Numbered from the stretch's first letter, positions 28,644 through 38,114 are shown. The stretch is 64,000 bases of DNA from an uncultured virus (IMG/VR IMGVR_UViG_3300025840_005100) (IMGVR_UViG_3300025840_005100), one strand, 5' to 3'. The notes: generated by a model from the letters alone, not told the origin. A program made the numbers and translations.

Positions 28644-30602
28644 GTGAAAAAACTACTCCTCATATTCTTCCTACTTATAGGTTCTCTAACTTATGGGCAA
28701 ACCACATTTACCCAAACTTTTGTGGATAGATGTACTGGTGAAACCCAAGTAGTGGTTGCAAACTTCGTAGGAGGTTCTGCAACTGTTGCTTTTTATAACA
28801 AAGTTAGAACCTTTACTTACCAAGAATTTACGAGTGGAGTACTTCATGCATGGTTATTAGAAACTTATGCTTGGTGGCAGGCATTATCACCTTGTTCGGA
28901 TGTAACTCAACAAACACAAACTGCAACACAACAAGCAACTCAAGCACAACAACAGGCCCAACAAGCTCAACAAGCAGCAACTAACGCATCTCAATCTGCA
29001 ACATCTGCTACAACTGCGGCAACAACTGCAAGTACCGCTGGAAGTACTGCTTCAGCAGCAACTCAAGCAACTCAAGGTACAACTGCAACAACTGGTACAA
29101 CACAAACTACAACAACAAACACAGGTTCAACTAATACGAATACTGGTTCTACAAATACAGGTTCTACTAACACAAGTACAAATAATACAAGTGGGGGAAC
29201 AACTAATGATACAACGAATAATACTGGCGGTACTACCAACGATGGTGGTACAACGAATACCGATTCTTCGTCAAGTAGTGGAGGAACAGAGACGGGTTCA
29301 ACGTCAGAAGGCTCTACAACAGATACAAGTTCAAACGAAACATCAGATACATCAACAGAAGGTTCATCGGAAACAACATCAGATAGTGGCGGAACTGAAG
29401 AAGGAGGTTCAACAGAAGGAGGAACTGAAGAAGGTGGAGAGGTAGAATCATCAGAAACCGAATCTACTGAAACAGAATCAACTGAAGAAACTTCAAGTGA
29501 AGAATCATCAGAAGAAACTTCGAGCGAAGAAAGTTCTGAAGAATCATCAGAAGAAAGTTCAGAGGAATCAAGTGAAGAAGAATCATCAGAAGAAAGCTCA
29601 GAAGAAGAATCAAGTGAAGAAGAATCATCAGAAGAATCGGAAGAAGAAAGTTCAGAAGAAGAATCAGAAGAGAGTGAGGAAGAATCTGAAGAGTCAGAAG
29701 AAGAAAGTGAAGAAGAAGAATCTGAAGAGGAATCTGAAGAAGAGGAAGAGGAATCTGAGGAAGAAAGTGAAGAAGAATCTGAAGAGGAATCTGAAGAAGA
29801 GGAAGAGAAGGAAGAAAAGAAATTCATGCCTATCCAACTCAAGGCAGATATGATGTCAATGCAAACTCCATTAGGACCTTATAATCAAGTTCTTAACATT
29901 GGTGCTTCTCGTTCTTCTATCTATGGTGATGTTGCTTATTCAGCAAACATGATGATATGGGATAACTTACAACAAGTTTCTTTTATGGGTGCTCGTTCAA
30001 AGGTAAAGATAGTAACACCTGATTATTCAATGATTAATCATGATACTCATAAACATTATAAAAAAGGTAAAGATGTAAGTGATGAGGACCCACAAACACC
30101 ACCAGTACCTTATGTTGCATATATCTCAGCAACTTCTATTGGATATTCTAATAACTATGGATACTCAACAATGATGTTATCACAATCCATGATGAAACCA
30201 TTCAAAAATGGATTGACAGTAGGTATGGGGATATCAGCAGGTACAACTTTTGTATCTTATCCAATTAAAGAAAACTTTATGGTATCTTATAATGTTCTTG
30301 CAACTAAATCATTCCAATTGGGAAGTAGAATAACTTACTCACCAGCATTGATTTGGACACAAACTCCATTTATGAGTACCGAAAGTGGAGTAAACTTTGA
30401 TTGGGAAAATCCAATGGGATTCCAATTTAAGAACGTATTAAAAGGAAGTGAAATAGATGGGATGGCAATCTTGGCAAACTCATTCACAGTACAACTAACA
30501 AAAAGATTTTCATTCAATGTAGGTTGGACAGCAATTAAATCAACTAACCCAATAGTACCTTTAATTAATTCATTTATGATAGGTTCTAAAATACCATTAT
30601 AA
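28644..30602 (+). CDS. exported protein with Thr/Gln- and Glu/Ser-rich stalk and beta-rich C-terminal domain
   Basis: Signal peptide; GGAGG SD with GTG start; low-complexity middle; amphipathic strands in the last ~260 aa. Confidence 0.8.
   Translation: MKKLLLIFFLLIGSLTYGQTTFTQTFVDRCTGETQVVVANFVGGSATVAFYNKVRTFTYQEFTSGVLHAWLLETYAWWQALSPCSDVTQQTQTATQQATQAQQQAQQAQQAATNASQSATSATTAATTASTAGSTASAATQATQGTTATTGTTQTTTTNTGSTNTNTGSTNTGSTNTSTNNTSGGTTNDTTNNTGGTTNDGGTTNTDSSSSSGGTETGSTSEGSTTDTSSNETSDTSTEGSSETTSDSGGTEEGGSTEGGTEEGGEVESSETESTETESTEETSSEESSEETSSEESSEESSEESSEESSEEESSEESSEEESSEEESSEESEEESSEEESEESEEESEESEEESEEEESEEESEEEEEESEEESEEESEEESEEEEEKEEKKFMPIQLKADMMSMQTPLGPYNQVLNIGASRSSIYGDVAYSANMMIWDNLQQVSFMGARSKVKIVTPDYSMINHDTHKHYKKGKDVSDEDPQTPPVPYVAYISATSIGYSNNYGYSTMMLSQSMMKPFKNGLTVGMGISAGTTFVSYPIKENFMVSYNVLATKSFQLGSRITYSPALIWTQTPFMSTESGVNFDWENPMGFQFKNVLKGSEIDGMAILANSFTVQLTKRFSFNVGWTAIKSTNPIVPLINSFMIGSKIPL
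29470..29815 (+). repeat. coding low-complexity repeat (SSEE/SEEE)n
   Basis: Repeated GAAGAATCA/GAAGAAAGT/GAATCTGAAGA units. Confidence 0.9.
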
Positions 30603-30610
30603 TTATTAGT

Positions 30611-33247
30611 ATGAAGAAACTGTTTACAATATTATTATTTTTACTTTCGTTTGTGGGATTCTCACAAAGTGGTGATGGATATGTAAATTATACATCCTAT
30701 AAAACGCACTATGGGGTTGGGTCTGATTCAGCTTATAATGGTGTAAATTATAGTGGATTAGCCGGTTCTGCAATCGAGTTAGAAGCAGTATTAGATGTAA
30801 ATCAACCAGGTACAACTTTAACACATCAAGGAGAAGTATTAGCTAATTCAAGTGAAGGATTTGCAGGAGGTAGACCTTCCAGATGGTCTAACGATTATTA
30901 TGCTGTTTACCACTATGGTTGGTTTCAGGCACAAGAAACAGGAACTTACTCATTCTCTCTACAATCGGATGATGGTAGTGGTTTATGGATAGATGGAGAC
31001 TTAAAACTATTTAGACCTTGTTGTGGTACATCCTATGTAGATGTTTCCTTAACATCAGGACAATGGTACTTCTTTGAAACAAAATGGCAAGAATATCAAG
31101 GTGGTGATTATATGCTTTTGAAGTACTCACCTCCAAGTAATGCTAATTTCTTTTATGTTGGTGACCAAACACAGTATCTTAAAGTAACTAATATAGAACC
31201 AACACCTACATTTGTAAATACAGTTGCAAATGATGGACAAAATGCAATAATATATAAATCATTTAAAATTAATGATTATGCTAATAACAATAATCAGAGT
31301 GAATATAATGACCATCCACAAAGTTCATCTGATTTTGATGATATGTTTGATTATGCTAATAAAAATACTACTACTTGGACACATTGGGGTAGAGATACAG
31401 CAACAAAAGCATTTACTTGGCCATGGTCTAATATTCTACCAAGACATGACAACACCAACTTTGGGTGGATAATAGAAGGTTACTTTGTACCCCCAACTTC
31501 AGGTACTTATAAATTCCAATTAAACTCAGATGATAGAAGTGATTTTTGGTTTGATGCAAATGATGATGGAACAATTACTAATACAGGTATAGGATTGGGT
31601 AATGGTAGTAGAGAAGTTGATGTAACAAACTTAACCGCAGGAGTATCATATAAGTTTAGAGTTAGATTTGAGCAAGGAGCAGGAGGTGCTAATTTATACC
31701 TTAAATGGAAATCCCCTGAAGATGTAGCTGCAGGAGCAGCATTTGCTTTCAATGGTAATAGTATATGGAGTATAGATGCAGATAATTATGTTGAACCTCT
31801 TCACTATGATGTAAATTATAAATTCAGAAATATAGATGAAACTAATTTTTCTGTTAATACTTATTACGAAGTATCATCAAGTGAAATTGCACAAAATTCT
31901 AACTCAAGTGCAATCACATTGGATGCAAATGGAGAAGCAACAATTTCTTCTCAAGTAGATGAAACCCTATATTCAGATGGAACTAAAAAGTTTAGAGCTA
32001 TACCAGATGAAGGAGGAATTGCAGCAGTACTTGGTTCAAATCAATATGGAACTGGTAATTTAAGATTCTACATTGATAAAAGAATGTTTGATGATGGATT
32101 TGATTTTGGAAGTATTACTTCGGTAGAAATACTTGATATTTATTCTGGCCCAACGGAATTTCAAAATACTGACCCATCTTCTATTTGGCAATTTTATAAA
32201 ATAGAAGGATTAACATTAACTCGTGATATTGTATCTCAATCTGAATATTATTTACCTAATGGATATGCACCAACGGGTATTTACGAGATGAACCCACAAA
32301 ACAATTACCAATATCCAGATTTTGTAGTAACTAATAATTGGGCAGTAGAAGATGCAACCTCTTTCAGAGAACAATATGTAGTATTTGATTCACCAACTAC
32401 AAGTGAATTAGAAACATTGGTAGATGATGTATTCACAGTAGCAGATGTTGCAATGGCATTTAATGAATTAGCAGGTGGTGGAATCAATGGTGGTTTCAAA
32501 GGTGATTTTGATTATAATGTTCAGTACGCAAATGCAGATGTAAGTAGAGATGGGGTATTTGATTTCAAAGATACACATATAATGTTAGATTTCTTAAACG
32601 GTGGAACTATGTTTGATGCATCTTATCTTGCAGCAGTAATGATGTTAACTGATTTAAGAGAGTATGAATTAATGACATCAACCAATTGGGGTGGAGCTGG
32701 GGGTACTCGTACACAATTCCCACTTGGATTAGTAACTGGTACAAAACAATATGATAAGAGTATTGCAGTACATTGGAAAGGTGATGTTAATATGTCTCAT
32801 TCTCATTTACCATCAAATATACAAGTTACAAGTATGGCAAAGAATAATATGACAATAAGTAATTCTTCAAAATCCATACAAAATCAGTTTGAAGTAGATT
32901 TAGATATTGAAAAGATTGGTGAAGAAATTGTGGTAACTCTAAAAGTACCAGAAAACACCAAGAACATAACTGGTTCTGAATTTAGAATAGGATACGATAG
33001 TAGTAGAGTAACATTCGATAGAATAGAAAATGGTTCAGATTTACAATCATTCTCAGCAAAAAGAAGTACTTACATAAAGTTGGGTTCAATATCATCAGAT
33101 GGTTCTCAGAATCTAAATGGTGGTACTGAATATAAAATATACTTTAAAGAAACTAATAATTTAACTTCATTCTTAGGTTTAGTTTCAGTATTAAAATCAG
33201 AGTTGGTTAAAAAGGATGGAACACAAATAGGAGTAATTGTAAAATGA
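30611..33247 (+). CDS. exported adhesin-like protein with two PA14 domains and dockerin/cohesin-like C-terminus
   Basis: GTYSFSLQSDDGSGLWIDG…WQEYQGG; GTYKFQLNSDDRS…FEQGAGG; ADVSRDGVFDFKD; GDVNMSHS; C-terminus paralogous to the 24483 gene. Confidence 0.82.
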   Translation: MKKLFTILLFLLSFVGFSQSGDGYVNYTSYKTHYGVGSDSAYNGVNYSGLAGSAIELEAVLDVNQPGTTLTHQGEVLANSSEGFAGGRPSRWSNDYYAVYHYGWFQAQETGTYSFSLQSDDGSGLWIDGDLKLFRPCCGTSYVDVSLTSGQWYFFETKWQEYQGGDYMLLKYSPPSNANFFYVGDQTQYLKVTNIEPTPTFVNTVANDGQNAIIYKSFKINDYANNNNQSEYNDHPQSSSDFDDMFDYANKNTTTWTHWGRDTATKAFTWPWSNILPRHDNTNFGWIIEGYFVPPTSGTYKFQLNSDDRSDFWFDANDDGTITNTGIGLGNGSREVDVTNLTAGVSYKFRVRFEQGAGGANLYLKWKSPEDVAAGAAFAFNGNSIWSIDADNYVEPLHYDVNYKFRNIDETNFSVNTYYEVSSSEIAQNSNSSAITLDANGEATISSQVDETLYSDGTKKFRAIPDEGGIAAVLGSNQYGTGNLRFYIDKRMFDDGFDFGSITSVEILDIYSGPTEFQNTDPSSIWQFYKIEGLTLTRDIVSQSEYYLPNGYAPTGIYEMNPQNNYQYPDFVVTNNWAVEDATSFREQYVVFDSPTTSELETLVDDVFTVADVAMAFNELAGGGINGGFKGDFDYNVQYANADVSRDGVFDFKDTHIMLDFLNGGTMFDASYLAAVMMLTDLREYELMTSTNWGGAGGTRTQFPLGLVTGTKQYDKSIAVHWKGDVNMSHSHLPSNIQVTSMAKNNMTISNSSKSIQNQFEVDLDIEKIGEEIVVTLKVPENTKNITGSEFRIGYDSSRVTFDRIENGSDLQSFSAKRSTYIKLGSISSDGSQNLNGGTEYKIYFKETNNLTSFLGLVSVLKSELVKKDGTQIGVIVK

Positions 33248-33609
33248 GCTATAAATTTCAAAAATGGTATTATTTCTGGCTATTCTTTTTGTTCTTAGCT
33301 TGTGAAAAAGATTTCATAGAAGATGATTTATTACCAGAAGTACCAAGAGAAGATATGGTATTTAAGGTAAAAGAAAGTACAGTAATAGATAATCAATTGA
33401 TATGGTTTGAAATAGATACAGAAGCAGACCATACATTTCTTATATTTGATACTGATTCAAATTCTACAATAGCAAAACAAACTATTTCACCTACTATTGG
33501 AATAAACAATTTTATATTATATACTAAGGCATTACCTACTAAAAAACTACAACTTCAGTTAATATTAGGTGGTGAGATTATAAAATCAACGTTTATAATC
33601 GTAGAATAA
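33244..33609 (+). CDS. lipoprotein with a T9SS-CTD-like domain, paralog of 26145
   Basis: FLA-C lipobox; GINNFILYTKAL vs GDNLLSIYTKNL. Confidence 0.65.
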   Translation: MSYKFQKWYYFWLFFLFLACEKDFIEDDLLPEVPREDMVFKVKESTVIDNQLIWFEIDTEADHTFLIFDTDSNSTIAKQTISPTIGINNFILYTKALPTKKLQLQLILGGEIIKSTFIIVE

Positions 33610-33620
33610 CATATTCATAA

Positions 33621-33628
33621 TATTTATA
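33621..33628 (+). promoter_or_regulatory. TATTTATA promoter-like element
   Basis: Octamer abutting the start of the PAP2 gene. Confidence 0.5.
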
Positions 33629-34284
33629 TGAGTATGTTTGTATTTACTCACGAAAATATCGGTAATATTAAAAATGCTGTTTACTCACCCGATGGGATGA
33701 AAGATAAACACGCAGAGAAAATTGAGTATTCTAAAACCAAAGGAATATTTAAAGATTTTAATTACGATAAATACAAAATACAAAAACCACCAAAAAACGC
33801 ATCAATCCAAGTTTATAACGAATTGATGTATCTAAGAGATTTACCAGATGATATGAATTATGTTAAAGAACATGATGAAATCGAACAGGTATTTGAAAAC
33901 ATTTGTAAAGAACACAATTTAACTTACCCAAAAGATTTGGTAAACGAACTAATCAAATCATCGGCAGGTATCATCTTAGATTTAAAGTGGAAAAACAACA
34001 GACCAAGACCTTACCAATTAGCAGAATACTATAACGAGAAAATTGGTGGAAATGTATTAGAATCTATGAAAACCCCTTCATTTCCATCTGGTCATTCTAC
34101 ACAAGGATTTTTGGTAGGTAAAGTACTACAAACAAAATTACCAATAACCACAGATGCATTTTTGGAAGCTGGTAAACGAATATCATATAGTAGAAACGTA
34201 GGAAGAGCACACTTTCCATCTGATTCAAAAATGGGAGAAGAGCTTGGTTCTGCATTATATCAATACATAAAGGAGAAACTATAA
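33628..34284 (+). CDS. PAP2/vanadium haloperoxidase-superfamily phosphatase
   Basis: KWKNNRPRP (KxxxxRxRP), SFPSGH, SRNVGRAHFPSD; the start may be ATG 33634. Confidence 0.9.
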   Translation: MSMFVFTHENIGNIKNAVYSPDGMKDKHAEKIEYSKTKGIFKDFNYDKYKIQKPPKNASIQVYNELMYLRDLPDDMNYVKEHDEIEQVFENICKEHNLTYPKDLVNELIKSSAGIILDLKWKNNRPRPYQLAEYYNEKIGGNVLESMKTPSFPSGHSTQGFLVGKVLQTKLPITTDAFLEAGKRISYSRNVGRAHFPSDSKMGEELGSALYQYIKEKL

Positions 34285-34285
34285 A

Positions 34286-35092
34286 ATGGCAGTAAAAATA
34301 GGAAACGCTTTTATTACAAAACTTGAAATGAATAACAATGGAAATGGATTTGAAGATTTCCAAGGTACAAATATGGCGGTAAGAAGTACTGATTTAACCC
34401 CAATCGTAGATACATTCACCACAGTAGAATCAACTACTTGGACTGCACCAACTGCGGTAACAAGAGTAGAATATCTTGTAGTTGCTGGTGGAGGTGGTGG
34501 GGGTACTGGGTATGACCAAGCCGGTGGTGCCGGTGGTGGTGCTGGTATGGTTTTAACTGGTGAACTAAATGTAACTCCTGGTCAATCCTATACCGTAACA
34601 GTAGGTGCTGGTGGAAATGGTGGACCTGATACAAGAACAAACACTCCTGGTTCCGCAGGAAATAATTCAGTATTTGGTTCAGTAACCGCTTTAGGTGGTG
34701 GGGCTGGTGCTGGTTCGAGACAAGGTGCTCCTGGTGGAGTTTCGAACTCTGGTGGTACTGCTCAAGTCGGTTCAACTACGGCACCTGGTGGTGGATATGG
34801 AACTGGTGGTGGAAATGATGGAGGAGGCGGTGGTGGTGCCACATCTGCTGGTGCAGTTGGTGGTCTCAATACTTTCCCTAATCCTGGTGGTGAAGGTCTA
34901 ACATCTAATATATCTGGAACTTCAGTAACTTATGGAGTTGGTGGAAGCGGTGGTTACGATGGTGGACCTTATAATGGTGCAAATGGAACCGCAAATAGAG
35001 GTAATGGTGGTGGGGGTGGTTCATCTCCCTCTTTTAATTCTGCAAGTGGTGGAAATGGTGGCAGTGGTATTGTAATAATAAAATATTATTAA
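34286..35092 (+). CDS. glycine-rich virion fibre/decoration-like protein
   Basis: VEYLVVAGGGGGG…YTVTVGAGG…GGNGGSGIVIIKY glycine-rich domain. Confidence 0.8.
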   Translation: MAVKIGNAFITKLEMNNNGNGFEDFQGTNMAVRSTDLTPIVDTFTTVESTTWTAPTAVTRVEYLVVAGGGGGGTGYDQAGGAGGGAGMVLTGELNVTPGQSYTVTVGAGGNGGPDTRTNTPGSAGNNSVFGSVTALGGGAGAGSRQGAPGGVSNSGGTAQVGSTTAPGGGYGTGGGNDGGGGGGATSAGAVGGLNTFPNPGGEGLTSNISGTSVTYGVGGSGGYDGGPYNGANGTANRGNGGGGGSSPSFNSASGGNGGSGIVIIKYY

Positions 35093-35143
35093 TTAGATTC
35101 TGATATAATATCAATATATCAAACATAAATTATAAGAAAAAAA

Positions 35144-36325
35144 ATGGCAGTAAAAATTCAAAATGCATATATAACTAGAATGTTATGTTCTGGTGATTGT
35201 GCTGACCAACAAGTAACTCGATTAATTGCAACTACACTTGAAATATCGGGTTCGGTTGGAAGTACATCATGTAGTCCACCCTCACCTCCACCTTCATCCC
35301 CACCACCATCTTGGTCACCATCTTCATTGGGAGCAACTGCTAATACTTTCACATATGATGATTTTATAGACGTTGGAATTAACGTTAGTTATGTTGTTTA
35401 CTTTAATAATAAACTACAAGCATTTTCAAATGGTGGTAATAATTATTTGTATGAATCTACTGATGGTGGTGATACATGGTCTTACAACTCAACTGCTGGA
35501 ACTGGATTATCATGTTGGTATGCAACTCCACCTCTGGTTGAATCAAATAGAATACTATGGTCAAATGGTGCTGGAAATGGTTCTAAATTATATCAATGGA
35601 CTGGTACTGGTACAGCAAGTGAAGTAAGTCTTTTAAACATAACAATATCAGCAAGTGGAATATTACGAGTAGTTAGAAAAATAGGAAGTTATTATTATCT
35701 ATCAATTACAGATAATAGTTATGATAAGGTATATAGAAGTACTTCCTTAACTGGTATGTGGACTGAGGTATATTCTGTATCTTCATCGTTCTCTGGAGTT
35801 ACTGATGTAGTTGAATACAATGGTGTTATAATGATTATTCATTCTAATGGTAGTGGTATCCGTACTACAAACGATTTTGTAACCCAAACCACTATGAGTG
35901 GTGATGCTGGTATGTCTATTGTGGGTGATGGAGATGGAAATTGGTTATTAGCGGGTAGTGGAACTGCAACTGATAATAAAGGTAGATACTCCGAAGATAA
36001 TGGAGCTACTTGGACTGAAACTACTGGTACTCTAAGACCTCCTAGTGAAACTACTGGAAATATAAATGTAAGAGAGGGAAGTTTGATAAAGGTTTATAAT
36101 AAATGGTTATGGCTTTCATCTAATTACAATAGTGGATATAATAGTCTTATATCAACAACAGACCCATTTGTTGCATCACCAACCACAGTTTTAGAGAAAA
36201 ACTTTGTTGGAGGTAGTCCTAAATCTGATTATGATGTAAATAGTATAAGTTTAATAGGTAATCGATGTTTTGTAGGCGGTAGAGAAGGTAATAACTATGG
36301 TGTACATATATTTGATATAACTTAG
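35144..36325 (+). CDS. BNR/Asp-box beta-propeller protein (putative receptor-binding/decoration protein)
   Basis: STDGGDTW and SEDNGATW Asp-boxes; Pro/Ser linker; N-terminus shared with the 34286 gene. Confidence 0.7.
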   Translation: MAVKIQNAYITRMLCSGDCADQQVTRLIATTLEISGSVGSTSCSPPSPPPSSPPPSWSPSSLGATANTFTYDDFIDVGINVSYVVYFNNKLQAFSNGGNNYLYESTDGGDTWSYNSTAGTGLSCWYATPPLVESNRILWSNGAGNGSKLYQWTGTGTASEVSLLNITISASGILRVVRKIGSYYYLSITDNSYDKVYRSTSLTGMWTEVYSVSSSFSGVTDVVEYNGVIMIIHSNGSGIRTTNDFVTQTTMSGDAGMSIVGDGDGNWLLAGSGTATDNKGRYSEDNGATWTETTGTLRPPSETTGNINVREGSLIKVYNKWLWLSSNYNSGYNSLISTTDPFVASPTTVLEKNFVGGSPKSDYDVNSISLIGNRCFVGGREGNNYGVHIFDIT

Positions 36326-36354
36326 AATTTAATACTTATACACAAATACTTTTA

Positions 36355-36362
36355 TATTTATA
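36355..36362 (+). promoter_or_regulatory. TATTTATA promoter-like element (TACTTATA also at 36333)
   Basis: Octamer 4 nt upstream of the ATG. Confidence 0.55.
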
Positions 36363-36366
36363 TAGT

Positions 36367-36732
36367 ATGGGATGGAGTAGTAAATACAAAAAGAGTATAG
36401 ATTGTAACAATCCCAAAGGTTTTTCACAAAAGGCACATTGTCAAGGTAGAAAGAAAAGAAACGAGAATTATATGAAATTATCAGAGTTTAGAGAAGAAGT
36501 AAGAAACGTTCTAAGAGAAAGAAGTATCAATGCTATTCGTAAAGCACAAGATAAGAATCTATCTGATATCGAAAAGGCACTTGAATTTTATAAAAAAAAT
36601 AAACATACAGACAAAAAAGAAGCATTTATAAAGGTTCTTAAAAAACTTGGTGATGAAAAGAAAAGATTATCAAGTGAACTTGATGCTAAAGTAAGTGGCA
36701 TGTATAGAAACGCAGAGTACAAAGGTGATTAA
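36367..36732 (+). CDS. putative internal head protein
   Basis: WSSKYKKSIDCNNPKGFSQKAHC module as seen in large phages; MKLSEF…VLRE segment. Confidence 0.6.
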   Translation: MGWSSKYKKSIDCNNPKGFSQKAHCQGRKKRNENYMKLSEFREEVRNVLRERSINAIRKAQDKNLSDIEKALEFYKKNKHTDKKEAFIKVLKKLGDEKKRLSSELDAKVSGMYRNAEYKGD

Positions 36733-37066
36733 ACTAAAAAACATATTAGAGGGATTTAATGTTCAACCAGGGCAGGTTGTAACATTTAAAGATATGCCTC
36801 CATTTAAAACTCCTCAACAACTTAAAGAGGAAGAAACTATAAAAGAAGATGACCATGAAGTTGGTATGGGATTATCATCCCTAAAATCATCTGTTCGTTC
36901 CGCTAAAATCATATATGATAATATCAAGAAACGTAACATTGAGGAATTAGATGGTTGGGTACAAGAAAAGATGACCTTAGCAGCTGATTATCTGAAGAAT
37001 GTTGCAGATTACATGGAAGATTTAGACGAATACGAACAAGATGGAACTACTAACTCAAAATCATAA
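36725..37066 (+). CDS. putative internal head protein
   Basis: Start reassigned to GTG 36725 (MIKLKNILE); DHEVGM…LDGWVQEKMTLAADYL module. Confidence 0.6.
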   Translation: MIKLKNILEGFNVQPGQVVTFKDMPPFKTPQQLKEEETIKEDDHEVGMGLSSLKSSVRSAKIIYDNIKKRNIEELDGWVQEKMTLAADYLKNVADYMEDLDEYEQDGTTNSKS

Positions 37067-37682
37067 TCATATCATGGAACTATTAGGGGCATTTCTTACA
37101 GGTGTAGTAGGGCCAATTCTCTATTTACTTATCAGTAAACACTTACAGAAACAAAAAGATTCTAAAAAAGATGTTGTAAAGGATACAATCAAAAACACAA
37201 TCATTGTAGAAGATGAACTTGAAGATATAAGAGAAGAATTCAATTCAGATAGAGCATGGATTTCTCAATTCCACAATGGTGGTAACTTTTATCCCACAGG
37301 TAAATCAATCCAAAAATTCTCAATCTTTTACGAAGTTGCAAAAAAAGGAGTTTCATCAATATCTCACACTTTCAATAATATCCCATGTTCTCTTTACCCA
37401 AAAGCTTTTGACCATATGTTGAATGATGAACAAAAAGGAATCTTTATACCAGATTATAATGACCCAACAATTGCTACTTATGGATTAAAAGGAGCAGCAG
37501 AATCAGTAGGAACAAAATCAGCATATGTAATTCCTCTTTTTACTTTAGATGAAAAATTCGTTGGTTCACTTGGTATTGATTTTGTGGCAAGAAAGAAAAA
37601 ACTGACTAAAACAGAATGGGAACATCTTCAAATTAGAGCAGGTAGAATTGCAGGATATTTATCTTCACATTTAGAATTATAA
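37041..37682 (+). CDS. single-TM protein with GAF-like domain (holin-T-like candidate)
   Basis: N-terminal TM; DRAWISQFHNG…GTKSAYVIPLF…FVGSLGIDF. Confidence 0.6.
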   Translation: MELLTQNHNHIMELLGAFLTGVVGPILYLLISKHLQKQKDSKKDVVKDTIKNTIIVEDELEDIREEFNSDRAWISQFHNGGNFYPTGKSIQKFSIFYEVAKKGVSSISHTFNNIPCSLYPKAFDHMLNDEQKGIFIPDYNDPTIATYGLKGAAESVGTKSAYVIPLFTLDEKFVGSLGIDFVARKKKLTKTEWEHLQIRAGRIAGYLSSHLEL

Positions 37683-37698
37683 AATAATTCACTTTTTT

Positions 37699-37746
37699 CT
37701 TGGATAATTCGATTTTTTTTCGTATATTTAACAAGTAAATGATTAA
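37699..37746 (+). promoter_or_regulatory. sigma-A-type promoter with downstream GTAAATGATT element
   Basis: CTTG-N20-TATATTTA then GTAAATGATTAA at 37735. Confidence 0.7.
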
Positions 37747-37748
37747 AT

Positions 37749-38114
37749 ATGACACGAAAAGAAATACAAAAAGTTACAGAAGAAGTTTACAACAAGGTTA
37801 TAGAAAAGTATGGTGAGTCTAAACACCACTTAACTCCTCCTTATGTTGCAATAGAAGATACTCCTTACTCTGATGAAGAAGTACCAAAAGACCTTTATGG
37901 TGAGTATTGTTCTATGTTAAACGAAATCACTTTATATTGGAAAAATATTCCTTCACTTGAGATGTTAGCAAGAACTTTAGTTCACGAATATCAACACTAT
38001 CTACAATCACCTTCTTGGATGAAACGATATTACAACATGGGTCATGATTATAACACACATCCATATGAAATAGATGCATTTAATGAAGAAGAAAAGTGGA
38101 TGGATGTAGTTTAA
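37749..38114 (+). CDS. zincin-like metallopeptidase domain protein
   Basis: TLVHEYQH…PYEIDA. Confidence 0.75.
   Translation: MTRKEIQKVTEEVYNKVIEKYGESKHHLTPPYVAIEDTPYSDEEVPKDLYGEYCSMLNEITLYWKNIPSLEMLARTLVHEYQHYLQSPSWMKRYYNMGHDYNTHPYEIDAFNEEEKWMDVV

Noticed and set aside
29470..29815. CRISPR array or non-coding tandem repeat
   Set aside because: Degenerate codon-phased repeats inside an ORF, with no unique spacers
29072..29853. Long antisense and alternate-frame ORFs (29072-29842 minus; 29191-29445 and 29497-29853 plus)
   Set aside because: Shadows of the low-complexity Glu/Ser/Thr coding region
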